Both the position numbers and the translations under genes were made by a program. The notes below the pieces were generated by a model that was not told the DNA's origin, did no database searches, and was given only the letters and a program-made list of their open reading frames with translations. From assembly GCA_035366835.1 (NCBI GenBank), contig DAOSIS010000008.1, positions 38,283 through 102,282 on the forward strand: a stretch of 64,000 bases of DNA. Reading direction: 5' to 3'. The DNA comes from Syntrophales bacterium. Lineage in GTDB: Bacteria; Desulfobacterota; Syntrophia; Syntrophales; UBA6109. Shown here piece after piece: positions 44,080 to 53,025 of the stretch (its first letter is position 1; each line of letters opens with the position of its first letter).

Positions 44080-44185
44080 TCCTTGCCGGTTCTGTCTTCC
44101 GGATCCCCAGGGACCCGGACCCTTGGTCGGCGTTTCCCTCCTTTCCTGCGAAGTCTGGATGGCACGCGAACCGCGTCCGGAAGAA

Positions 44186-44214
44186 GTATCGGAATAACGG
44201 GAATTGAACTTTAG
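44186..44214 (-). promoter_or_regulatory. Sigma28 promoter of fliC
   Basis: The minus strand reads TAAAGTTC-N12-TCCGATAC, giving a leader of about 160 nt before the fliC ATG. Confidence 0.65.
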
Positions 44215-44330
44215 CAGCGCCGGTCGAGGCGGTCCCCGGGTTCCCTTCATCCCCCGCTGTTCGACGTACAACCGGTACGCCTCGCAGATCAGGTTTCAGG
44301 GGTCTTGCATACAGGCCATCCTGAGCAGCC
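44205..44330 (+). repeat. MITE-like repeat, copy 4 (degenerate, subfamily B)
   Basis: Shares TTCCCTTCATCC, CGACGTAC, CCGGTACGCCTC, TTTCAGGGGTCTTGCAT and AGCCTGCA blocks with copy 2. The left end is eroded and overlaps the fliC -35 region. Confidence 0.6.
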
Positions 44331-44403
44331 TGCAGATCAAGGCGTTTCGACAATCGCCGGGGGGTTGCTCCCGGCCTGCTCGGGGAATGCGATCGCGGAA
44401 GTT

Positions 44404-45963
44404 CTAGGGGATGGAAGGTCTGCCGATTCCGTTCTCCAGGGCTTCCCTCAGCGGCCGGAAACCGGAGCGGACGAGATCGGCGAGGGCGACGGGGTCACCC
44501 GCCGAGAGGGCCGACGAGGCCTGTTCGAAGAGCTGGGGGAGGGCGTTCATGACGATCCGCGCGCCGTCGGACGAGCCTTCTACCGGACCGCCGGGTGCGA
44601 GCAATTGCCGCCAGACCTCCAGGTAGCCGGCAAAGGCGTCTTCCCACGAGCGTTCATGGAGACAGAGGGACTCGCGTAGCCGGGACTCGTTTTCTTCCAG
44701 GAGCCGGAAATCCCCCGCCGGTCCGTCAGTCCGGCGGAGCGCCCGGTTTTCCCGGGAAGGGAAGAGCAGGGCAGGATCGTCCGTCCCGACCGCGTTGAAA
44801 TCGTTCAGGGTCATCTCCGCGCCGTCGTCAACGCGGCTGACGAGAAGACGGACGATGCGATCGTCCCATCGGCCGGCGCACCCGCCGCCCCGCGACAGCG
44901 ATTCCCGGATGTCCCAGGCACGGCAGACGTGCTCGGGCCGGATGGCCTTCCGGCATCCCTGACCGTTCCGGCACGATGAAGGATCGAGGCAGGGGGCGCA
45001 GGGGAGGTCGGCGAAGAGAACGAAATTTCCCGTTCCGTACGGTGCCGTCTCCCAAGGGTAGGCCGTGCCGAAAAAGAGGCCGATCACCGGCGTACCGACG
45101 GCCGCAGCCATATGGGCCGTGCCGGTATCGCCGCTGATGAGGACTTCGCAGCGCCTCAACACGGCGCCTAAGGTCTTCAGGCTTGTCCTGCCGACGAGAT
45201 CGACGATCCGGCCGGAGAGGGAGCCGCAGCCGGTCAGGATGCGTTCCGCAAGTTCCCGCTCGTCCGGGCTGCCCAGGAGGACCACCGGCCTCCCTCTGGA
45301 ATCGGCCAAATGGCGGATCGCGCCGAGGAAGTTGTCGGTTCCCCAGCAGCGGAATGACCGGGCGGCGCCGAGCTGCACGGCGACGGGAGGAAGCGCTCCG
45401 CGCACGGAAGCCAGCAGGCGGTCCCCTTCGCGGACGTCCGGCGGCGGAACGTGCAGGTACATCCGGCCGCTCCCCGGCGGTGCGCCGGCGATGCGGAGAG
45501 ACCAGTCGGCCAGGTTCCTCCGATTCCGCCGGCGGTCCGCGCGGACAGCGGAAAAAAGCTCGGCGGAGGGACCGTCGGCGAAAAAGTGCCCGCGTCCCGG
45601 TGCGTAGCTGCCTCCCCTTGTTTCCGGCGCCCCGCAGAGGTGCGCCAGGATCCCGCCGGCTTCGTATTGGCGGTTGATGACCATGTCGAAGCGCTCCGCC
45701 TGCAGCCTTTCGGCGATTTCGTAGATTTCGTGGCGGACCGCCGTCTGCGCTTCCGGACCCGCTTTCAGGAGGCGGCGATATCTTTTTTCCGCGAAGGGAA
45801 CGATCTCGTCGACGCGGGGATGTCCCCGCAGCAGATCCGTGAGGTCCTCCGATGTCAGAAACGTGATCTTCGCATCGGGATGCGTCTTCCCGATCCCTTC
45901 CAGCATGGGTGTGAGCTGAAGAACGTCTCCGAGCCGGTGGGTGCGTATCACGAGGATCTTCAC
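44404..45963 (-). CDS. GT9-family (heptosyltransferase-like) glycosyltransferase with a C-terminal extension of about 180 aa
   Basis: 519 aa with a GTG start. MKILVIRTHRLGDVLQLTP.. and ..ISGDTGTAHMAAAVGTPVIGLF are GT9 hallmarks. GTGA-coupled to the upstream gene. Confidence 0.75.
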   Translation of the reverse strand: MKILVIRTHRLGDVLQLTPMLEGIGKTHPDAKITFLTSEDLTDLLRGHPRVDEIVPFAEKRYRRLLKAGPEAQTAVRHEIYEIAERLQAERFDMVINRQYEAGGILAHLCGAPETRGGSYAPGRGHFFADGPSAELFSAVRADRRRNRRNLADWSLRIAGAPPGSGRMYLHVPPPDVREGDRLLASVRGALPPVAVQLGAARSFRCWGTDNFLGAIRHLADSRGRPVVLLGSPDERELAERILTGCGSLSGRIVDLVGRTSLKTLGAVLRRCEVLISGDTGTAHMAAAVGTPVIGLFFGTAYPWETAPYGTGNFVLFADLPCAPCLDPSSCRNGQGCRKAIRPEHVCRAWDIRESLSRGGGCAGRWDDRIVRLLVSRVDDGAEMTLNDFNAVGTDDPALLFPSRENRALRRTDGPAGDFRLLEENESRLRESLCLHERSWEDAFAGYLEVWRQLLAPGGPVEGSSDGARIVMNALPQLFEQASSALSAGDPVALADLVRSGFRPLREALENGIGRPSIP

Positions 45964-46640
45964 GCGAGCATTTCCTCGATCAGCAGATCGACGGAACGCG
46001 CCCTTGCGCGCGCCCCGGTCCCGCCGGCGTCATCTCCGCCCGCGGAGCGGATTTCGTAGAGCCGCCGCTGGAGGACGCCGGTGACGGCGCCGTACAGGGC
46101 AGGTTCCACGGCCGGCGCCGACGGGGTGATGTGCAGAGAAAACTCGCCGGCAAGCCCGGACAGGAGGGGATTGCACAGATCCCGCTGATCCCGTCCCGCG
46201 ACCAGTCGGCAGGGCCGGTCTCTCAGGAGTCGAACGAAGGCAGGTATCGCAGCAGCGGCGCGAAGCAGTTGCGGGTCGGACTCCACCAGCCAGAACGCCG
46301 TGATGCCGGGATGGCGTCCGGCGAGCGCGCAGGCGCAATAGCCCAGTCCCGCGCCGATCACGACTGCCGTATTCCGGACCCTCCGCTGCCAGCCGGTCCA
46401 TTCTTCCGCTTCCGCGACCGGGTCGATTCGGCTGTGCAGGAGGCGTTCGCCGCCGTCGCGTTCGACCCTCGCGGCCGTGAGGTCCCCGGAGGCGGCTCGA
46501 AAGAGACGCACCACCGGGAGGCCGGCCGGTTCGGGAAGGCCCTGCCGTCGCAAGTCGCCCGGTACTGTTGCGGCGGATCCTTCACGCGGCACTTTGCAGC
46601 TCCTGCAGGTCTTTGATGACAGAGGCCCGTCCCTTGGCAA
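45960..46640 (-). CDS. Maf N-terminal-domain-like / Rossmann-like protein of unknown function
   Basis: At most 226 aa. LLHSRIDPVAEAEEW..TAVVIGAGLGYCACAL parallels the N-terminal part of the adjacent Maf (QMLYDPEDPWGA..IAVFLGLGLGYHLHLF). The start is uncertain because the ATG 46640 ORF overlaps the maf 3' end by 59 nt. Confidence 0.45.
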   Translation of the reverse strand: MPRDGPLSSKTCRSCKVPREGSAATVPGDLRRQGLPEPAGLPVVRLFRAASGDLTAARVERDGGERLLHSRIDPVAEAEEWTGWQRRVRNTAVVIGAGLGYCACALAGRHPGITAFWLVESDPQLLRAAAAIPAFVRLLRDRPCRLVAGRDQRDLCNPLLSGLAGEFSLHITPSAPAVEPALYGAVTGVLQRRLYEIRSAGGDDAGGTGARARARSVDLLIEEMLA

Positions 46641-48504
46641 GGGCTTCCATGGTGGAGACGAAGAGTTGTCCCGTCACGCCGAGCCACTCGCGGACCATGA
46701 GCACCTGCGCGGCGGCGCGGCAGTCCCCGTCGGTGTAAAGATCAGGCAGGAAATTGAATTTGTTGGAGAACCAGATGCCGTGCGGCTGGAGGGTGTGCAG
46801 CATGATGTCGTTGACATCCTGATCCCGGAGAAACTCGTTCAGGATGACCAGAAATCTCTCGATCACGTCGTCGACGATCTTCCGGTCGAGGGGTGCGCCG
46901 GAATTTATGAACGGAACAATCTGGTCCCGCTGCACGGCCCTTGCCGTTGCCAGCAGCTCCTGAAATCGAACCGTCAGTGCGTCCAGTGCCGCATGGGTGT
47001 GATCGATCCGTTTCAGAAGGGCCTCGTAGTCCTCCCGTGCATTCAACTGATCGCGAAAACCCGCCAGGGCCTTCTTGATGATCGACAGGGGGTGCCGGTC
47101 TTCACGGCAGTAACCGTCGATCGCCTCCTGAAACGTCATGATGCGGGCCCCGCGGATCCTGGCGCCGCCTTCCGTCGCATTGATCGTGATCCCGGAATTG
47201 GCCCGGATGTCCTCTTCGTAGGATCCCCGAAAGATGTCCCATGCCCTGGAGGTCTTGATCGGCTTCCCGTCGTTGCCCTCCACTTCGAGGACTTTTTCGT
47301 GATAGTTCTCGTCGCGTTCGCCGAAGGGCATGTCCTTCACGTGCGTATCGCCGTCCGCGGCAAAGGCGAGATCCTGTCCGATCATGATGATGGGGTCGCA
47401 TCCGAGCGCGTGGGCGACCTTGTAGGCCATGTTGCCGACACAGGGGCCGATGGCCAGGGCGCCTTTGTCGAGATGGAGCCAGTTGAAATGGGAAAAGGTC
47501 CGGTGGACGATGATCTTTTCGCCCCGGAAGCTGTCGAACGACTGCGGCCGGATCAGGGGGCAGATGGCAAGATAGATGTCTTCGAAGTCCGGGACGCCGT
47601 CAAAGAAGTATTCCGTGCCGTCCGTCCTCTCCAGGCTCACGACAAGGTGCGGCCGGATGTTGCGCTTCATGAGAGGCTTGAAACTCGCGTCGCAGCAGAT
47701 GATCAGGGCCTTCTCCCGGACCTTCTGAATCAGGTGGATGTTCTTGTTCAGGGAGGGGCCGGCGCCGACGGTCACGGCGGGCAGGCCTTGAAACCGTCCG
47801 AAAAGACGGTTGATGCCCGGATTGTTGACGATGTGCCGGATGTTCATGAGGAGGTTGTCCATCCCGATGAACGAATCGATGGGATCGTTTCCCGCCATGA
47901 TCATGGTCTGCGAGAAGGCGCGTTTTGTGACGTCGAGCGCCCGGCGGTAATAATCGGGGTTCCTCCGCACATGGGGGGCCAGGGGGATGACTTTGGTGGA
48001 CTTCATGAAATTGAAGACCCCCTTGTCCATGACGACGTCCTGCCGCAGGGTCAGATAGGCTTCTTCGATGTCTTCGCCGACGAAGAACTGGACATCCGGA
48101 TGCAGGAAGATTTCGGAGAGATCGATCGTCTCCACGGCAAGCCTCAGGAAATCGCGATTCTCCTCAAACACCAGGATTTTTTTCGTTCCCAGCCGTTCCG
48201 CGAAATTTCTCGTGAACAGGTGGAGGTGATACCCGAGACCGAGACCGAGAAAGACGGCGATGGGCACGAAGTTCATCTTCAGCGCCTTGAGATGGGCCAG
48301 GGAAGCGCCCCACGGATCTTCCGGATCGTAGAGCATCTGGAAACGGTGGTCGTCGGCGACAAGAAGATTGGGTTGCCCGTTCCGGGCACGGACAAACCGA
48401 TATTTCCCGGCGTCCGGACGGAGATCCTTCACCCGTTCGGCCAGACGGGGATAGCGCTTCTGCAGCGCATTCATGTTCCTGGCAAAGAGTGCCGTTTGCG
48501 GCAT
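46582..48504 (-). CDS. maf: Motility accessory factor (Maf, DUF115/MptE-like) putative flagellin nonulosonic-acid transferase
   Basis: 640 aa from ATG 48504 (AAAGGAG RBS). DUF115 core motifs VTVGAGPSLNKN, IICCDASFKPL, GPCVGNMAYKVAHALGCDPIIMIGQDLAF. Confidence 0.8.
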   Translation of the reverse strand: MPQTALFARNMNALQKRYPRLAERVKDLRPDAGKYRFVRARNGQPNLLVADDHRFQMLYDPEDPWGASLAHLKALKMNFVPIAVFLGLGLGYHLHLFTRNFAERLGTKKILVFEENRDFLRLAVETIDLSEIFLHPDVQFFVGEDIEEAYLTLRQDVVMDKGVFNFMKSTKVIPLAPHVRRNPDYYRRALDVTKRAFSQTMIMAGNDPIDSFIGMDNLLMNIRHIVNNPGINRLFGRFQGLPAVTVGAGPSLNKNIHLIQKVREKALIICCDASFKPLMKRNIRPHLVVSLERTDGTEYFFDGVPDFEDIYLAICPLIRPQSFDSFRGEKIIVHRTFSHFNWLHLDKGALAIGPCVGNMAYKVAHALGCDPIIMIGQDLAFAADGDTHVKDMPFGERDENYHEKVLEVEGNDGKPIKTSRAWDIFRGSYEEDIRANSGITINATEGGARIRGARIMTFQEAIDGYCREDRHPLSIIKKALAGFRDQLNAREDYEALLKRIDHTHAALDALTVRFQELLATARAVQRDQIVPFINSGAPLDRKIVDDVIERFLVILNEFLRDQDVNDIMLHTLQPHGIWFSNKFNFLPDLYTDGDCRAAAQVLMVREWLGVTGQLFVSTMEALAKGRASVIKDLQELQSAA

Positions 48505-48524
48505 GAAGAGACTCCTTTCTCGTT

Positions 48525-50951
48525 TCAGCACGGCTGGATTGCCGGTGCCGGGGACGGAGGCGCGACCGTCGGGTCCTGGGGATGGACGATCATTTCAGCC
48601 ACTTTCTGAAGGAGGCTGCATTCCCGGCGTTTTCCCGTCTCGAGAAAATGACGGCTGATTTCGATCAGACGCAGCGCCAGCCCGGAAAAATCGGACAGGG
48701 ACGGCGTCCCGGGAACGCCTGCCGCGGCCCCGACGTCCTCGACGGCGCGGGCTACGCCTTCCCAATGGCCGGCTTTGGCCAGCGCGTAAATCCCGCCGAT
48801 CTTGTAGCGCAGATTCCAGGGATCGAGATCCCGGGCGTCGGCGATGCGGCAAACGCCGTTTTCCAGGTCGCCCGTCTCCAGAAGGGAGAGACCGTCCAGG
48901 AACCGCGCGCGTGCGGACTGCTGACGGTCCCGGCCCAACTCCTCCGCCTCGAGAAGAGGTTCCAGGAGGGAAACGACATCCCCGTGGCGGCATTGGGCCG
49001 TCCGATAGTCGGCGGCGGCCACCTGCAGCTCCACGGAGGAGGGGAATCGGTCCAGCATCCGCTGCAGGAAAAAATCCAGGCCGGCGACTTCATAAAGGGC
49101 GTAAAGACTGACGATTCTTGCGGCGAATTTCACGTCCTCGAGATTGCAGCGCTCGAGCCACGGCAGGGCAGAGGCAAGATCGCCGGCAGCAAGGAAATGC
49201 ACGAATCCCTTCCAGGCGATATCCAGGACGTCGGTGAAGGAAAACGCGGCGCGCACGGCGGCGTCTTTCCGCCGCTCCCGGCGCGGGCGGTCCTGCCGCG
49301 CATGCGTGACCTTGAAGACGTCGTTCCACTTGACCTCGATGCCGAGGTCCGCCAGCGACCGTTCCGCGGTTTCGAATGCGGGGGATTCGAAGAAGACGTT
49401 CCTTTGCGCAGGAAAGATGCGGACCGGACAATCCGCCTGCGTCTGCTTCGGGAGGTGAAGCATGACGAGCATCTCCTCTTCCGGCTCTTCCGCCTCGATC
49501 CTGGTGCGGAATGCCAGATGTCGCTCGCGAGGCAGGATTTGCTTGAACAGGGCGAACTTGAGGCGCTCCCGGGAATCGATGAACTCGTCTGCATCCAGGC
49601 AGAGGATGTAATCTCCCGTTGCCTCGCGGAGGCCGGCATTGCGGGCCCCTGCAAAGTCGTCTTGCCAGGGAGAGCCGATCACCCGGCACCCGGACGCGGC
49701 GGCGATGTCCCGCGTACCGTCTTTGGACCCCGTATCGACGAGGATCACTTCGTCGGCGATCCCCGCGACCGATTGCAGGGTTCGGGGAAGCGTATTTTCC
49801 TCGTCGCGGGCGATGATGCAGACGGAAAGCCTTGCCGCTCGCCAGCCGGGACTCGTGACGACGGCCAGAAGCCGGTGATCGAAGGGGTTGTACTGCAGGG
49901 ATTGGGAACGTTCCAGGACCTCGACGGCCTCTTCTCTCCGGCCTTGCAGCAGGTAGGCCTTGCCCAGAAACGACAGGACTTCGGCGCGGGCGTCCCGATG
50001 CTCCGAGGAGAGGTATCGGAGATAGCACCGGACCGCCTCGTCCATTTCCAGCAGATGGGCATAGAGAAATCCTGCGATGCGATACGGTACCGGAGAGTCG
50101 AAGAATCCCCAGCTCTTTTCCCATCGCTGGAAGAATTCGACGGCTTCGCGGAATCGCCCGAATTTCGCCAGGTAGTGGAGCATGGTGAGGTACATTCGCT
50201 CGCTCCCGAAACCCTTTTCCAGTCCCCGGTAATACCGCGGCACGTCCTCCATGGTCAGGACGCTGAAGATGAGGAATCTGTCGCTGAACTCCTCCAGCTT
50301 GTCTCCGTCCGTCGTGTCGCAGGACAACTCGCCCCTGAGAAACTTCATTTCCGTTTCCTTGCGGTCCTTCGTCTCGTCGCCCTTTCGGTCGGGGGTGGAG
50401 ACGGAGGAAACATCGATTTCCCGAAGGACGTTGCTTTCGAAGGGAAAGCAATCGTCCCCGGAGCGCGTCATCATCAGCTTGAGCAGACGGCGGAAGAGCG
50501 ACCTGCGGACGAGGCGGATTTCTATCACCGGCAGGGAGACGCCGGGACTGTCCGTTTCCAGTTCCTCACGTTGCCTGATCCACTGGAATTCCCTCATCCC
50601 TTCCTTCGGCACCTCTTCCCGAATCACGAGGCTGAAGCCCCGGGCGCGTTGATCGGCGAGACAGGAATCGGCGGAGAAGTTCGGGGCCACTGACACGGTT
50701 TCCTCCGGGCGGAGGAAAAGCACCCAGGGGGTCCGGCAGTCCTCTTCCGCCTTTGCGAGAAATTCGGGGGTAGGCCGCGCTTCGGCCATGACCGGTATCC
50801 CCCGTGATCCGGCAACGGCCGTGCTGCCGTCGCTCGAATCCATGTCCAGGTACCGGATGTCCCGTGCAAGCTTCCGGCAGCTTTCAATGCAGGCCGGAAG
50901 GCTGTCGCCGCGATCTTTCCCGACAATCCAGATGCTCAACGCGTCCGTCAT
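48525..50951 (-). CDS. TPR-repeat protein with tandem GT2-like domains
   Basis: 808 aa from ATG 50951 (ATGA-coupled). Canonical GT2 domain LSVCIIARDEENTLPRTLQSV..VILVDTGSKDGT..ARNAGL..YILCLDADEF. An N-terminal degenerate GT2-like domain, with TPR-like helical repeats between and after. Confidence 0.75.
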   Translation of the reverse strand: MTDALSIWIVGKDRGDSLPACIESCRKLARDIRYLDMDSSDGSTAVAGSRGIPVMAEARPTPEFLAKAEEDCRTPWVLFLRPEETVSVAPNFSADSCLADQRARGFSLVIREEVPKEGMREFQWIRQREELETDSPGVSLPVIEIRLVRRSLFRRLLKLMMTRSGDDCFPFESNVLREIDVSSVSTPDRKGDETKDRKETEMKFLRGELSCDTTDGDKLEEFSDRFLIFSVLTMEDVPRYYRGLEKGFGSERMYLTMLHYLAKFGRFREAVEFFQRWEKSWGFFDSPVPYRIAGFLYAHLLEMDEAVRCYLRYLSSEHRDARAEVLSFLGKAYLLQGRREEAVEVLERSQSLQYNPFDHRLLAVVTSPGWRAARLSVCIIARDEENTLPRTLQSVAGIADEVILVDTGSKDGTRDIAAASGCRVIGSPWQDDFAGARNAGLREATGDYILCLDADEFIDSRERLKFALFKQILPRERHLAFRTRIEAEEPEEEMLVMLHLPKQTQADCPVRIFPAQRNVFFESPAFETAERSLADLGIEVKWNDVFKVTHARQDRPRRERRKDAAVRAAFSFTDVLDIAWKGFVHFLAAGDLASALPWLERCNLEDVKFAARIVSLYALYEVAGLDFFLQRMLDRFPSSVELQVAAADYRTAQCRHGDVVSLLEPLLEAEELGRDRQQSARARFLDGLSLLETGDLENGVCRIADARDLDPWNLRYKIGGIYALAKAGHWEGVARAVEDVGAAAGVPGTPSLSDFSGLALRLIEISRHFLETGKRRECSLLQKVAEMIVHPQDPTVAPPSPAPAIQPC

Positions 50952-51595
50952 ATGCTTGCCCCTGAAGGAATTCCGTTCTGCTGATGGTGCATGTCTTTCC
51001 AGTCGCCGCGCCACAACCCCAGGAGAATTTCATCCTGGAAGCCCCCTCCGGTCATCCATTGGTTCTTCAGGCATCCCTCGCGGCTGAATCCGACCTTGAG
51101 AAACGCCTTTTCCGAACCGCGATTTCCGGAATAGCATCCGGCGCGGAGCTTGTTGAGGTTTTGAACGTCGAAGGCGAAGCGGGCGACCGTTGCGATCGCC
51201 TCCGTCGCATAACCCCTGCCCCAGCATTCCTTTTCGCCGATCAGAAGGCTGATGTCCGCAAAACGGTGGATCCGGTTGACGGGGCCCAATTTGATGTTTC
51301 CGATGTGGCGGCCGCCCTCCTTGAGGCAAATGGCGAGGAAGATCTCGTCGGGCCTGACGTTCTTTTCCTCGACGAAACGCCGGATGTCCTCGATGGAATG
51401 AGGGATGTAGCGGATTTCGAGAAACTGCGTGACCTCGGGGTCGTTGAGCCAGCGGAAATAGGCCTCGCCGACGTCGGCGAGGCGCACGTCCCGCAGATAG
51501 ATCCTCTCTCCCTCGAGGAAATGTCGCGGCAGGGGTTTCTCCTGTCCTGCCCGGCCCCGCGTGGTTCCTTCGTATTCGGGTACTGCGGCGTTCAC
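50948..51595 (-). CDS. pseH: GNAT N-acetyltransferase (PseH candidate)
   Basis: 215 aa from GTG 51595 (AAGGA RBS). RimL/GNAT pattern (IYLRDVRLADV..FRWLNDPEV.., IGEKECWGRGYATEAIATVARFAF). Confidence 0.7.
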   Translation of the reverse strand: MNAAVPEYEGTTRGRAGQEKPLPRHFLEGERIYLRDVRLADVGEAYFRWLNDPEVTQFLEIRYIPHSIEDIRRFVEEKNVRPDEIFLAICLKEGGRHIGNIKLGPVNRIHRFADISLLIGEKECWGRGYATEAIATVARFAFDVQNLNKLRAGCYSGNRGSEKAFLKVGFSREGCLKNQWMTGGGFQDEILLGLWRGDWKDMHHQQNGIPSGASI

Positions 51596-51605
51596 GGCGT
51601 TCCTT

Positions 51606-52394
51606 TCATGTGTGCAGGCGGATGGGAATGCCCGCGTTCTTGATTCGCGACCGCGTCTGCATCGGATTTTCATCCTTGAAACAGAAATAGGTTCCCGCGG
51701 AAACGGCGTCCGCCTTTCCCTCGAAGAAGCCGTCCACGAAGTGGCTGGCCAGGCCGCAGCCGCCCGATGCGATGACGGGAATCGATACGCGCTCGGCGAC
51801 CTTCCGCGTCATCTCGAGGTCGAGTCCCTGCCCCGTCCCGTCGCGGTCGATGGCGGTGAGGAGGATCTCGCCGGCGCCGCGGCGCTCGCCTTCTTCCGCC
51901 CAGGACAGGGGATCGAGGCGCGTCTCCTCCCGGCCGCCCTTGGTCCAGACGCGGCCGGTCCCGTCGCTGTTCCGCCGGTAATCGATGGCGAGGACCACGC
52001 ACTGGACCCCGAAGGTGTCCGCCGCTTCCGTGATCAGGTCCGGTCTCTGCACGGCGGCCGTGTTGACGCTGACCTTGTCGGCCCCACCGGCGAGCAGCCT
52101 GCGGAAATCGGCGATGGAGCGCACGCCGCCCCCGACGGTGAACGGGACGAAGATCTCTTCCGCGGCACGCCGGACGACGTCCATGAGCGTGTCGCGGTGT
52201 TCCGCCGAGGCGTCGAGATCGAGAAAGATCAGCTCGTCCGCGGCCTGCGCTTCGTAGATCTTCGCCTGCGAGACGGGATCGCCGATTTCGATGACCCGGT
52301 CGAAGCGGATCGTCGTGACGAGCACCCTCCGGGCCGTCGCTCCGAAGCGGCTCGTCTTCATCTGAAGTTTCGGAATGAGTCTTCGCTTCAGCAT
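51606..52394 (-). CDS. HisF-like cyclase subunit (WbuZ/Cj1314c-type)
   Basis: 262 aa from ATG 52394. (beta/alpha)8 HisF motifs (RLIPKLQMK, DELIFLDLDAS, GGGVRS, ADKVSVNTAAV, VIASGGCG). Confidence 0.85.
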   Translation of the reverse strand: MLKRRLIPKLQMKTSRFGATARRVLVTTIRFDRVIEIGDPVSQAKIYEAQAADELIFLDLDASAEHRDTLMDVVRRAAEEIFVPFTVGGGVRSIADFRRLLAGGADKVSVNTAAVQRPDLITEAADTFGVQCVVLAIDYRRNSDGTGRVWTKGGREETRLDPLSWAEEGERRGAGEILLTAIDRDGTGQGLDLEMTRKVAERVSIPVIASGGCGLASHFVDGFFEGKADAVSAGTYFCFKDENPMQTRSRIKNAGIPIRLHT

Positions 52395-52398
52395 CGTC

Positions 52399-53025
52399 TC
52401 AGGGCCTCCATTGCAGGAAATTCTCCAGGACCCTGAGGCCGTGGTCCTGACTCTTTTCGGGGTGAAACTGCGTCGCGAAGACATGGTCTTTTCGCACGGC
52501 GGCCGCGAAGGAAACGCCGTATTCGCACGCGGCTTCGACATCCCGGCCGTCCCTGCAGCGCAGGTGATAGGAATGGACGAAGTAAAAATCGGCACAGGCC
52601 GGCAGACCGCGGAAAAGCACGCTTTGCGTCCGCGGAGAGACGTCGTTCCAGCCGACGTGCGGCAGCCGGACGTCCGCCGATTCCTGCGGGAGACGGACGA
52701 CGTCGCCGTCGAACCAGCCGAGGCCGTCGTGGACGCCGCCCTCGAAACCTCGCCGGGCCATGAGCTGCATGCCCAGGCAGATGCCGAGGATCGGGACGAG
52801 GCGGCCTTTCACCGCCTTTCCGAGGGCATCGGCGAGACCGGTTTCGCGCAGGCGGCGGATCCCCTCCGCAAAGGCGCCGACGCCGGGCAGGACGAGGCGG
52901 TCCGCATCCGCCAGTTCCTCCGGATCGGCAAGGATGGCCGTATCGGCACCGAGAGACTCCAGGGCGTGCCGGACGGAGAGGAGGTTTCCCATGCCGTAGT
53001 CGACGATACCCACCATGATCTTCAT
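52399..53025 (-). CDS. HisH-like glutamine amidotransferase subunit (WbuY/Cj1315c-type)
   Basis: 208 aa from ATG 53025. MKIMVGIVDYGMGNLLSV, nucleophile GICLGMQ, and HSY..QFHPEKS. Confidence 0.85.
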   Translation of the reverse strand: MKIMVGIVDYGMGNLLSVRHALESLGADTAILADPEELADADRLVLPGVGAFAEGIRRLRETGLADALGKAVKGRLVPILGICLGMQLMARRGFEGGVHDGLGWFDGDVVRLPQESADVRLPHVGWNDVSPRTQSVLFRGLPACADFYFVHSYHLRCRDGRDVEAACEYGVSFAAAVRKDHVFATQFHPEKSQDHGLRVLENFLQWRP

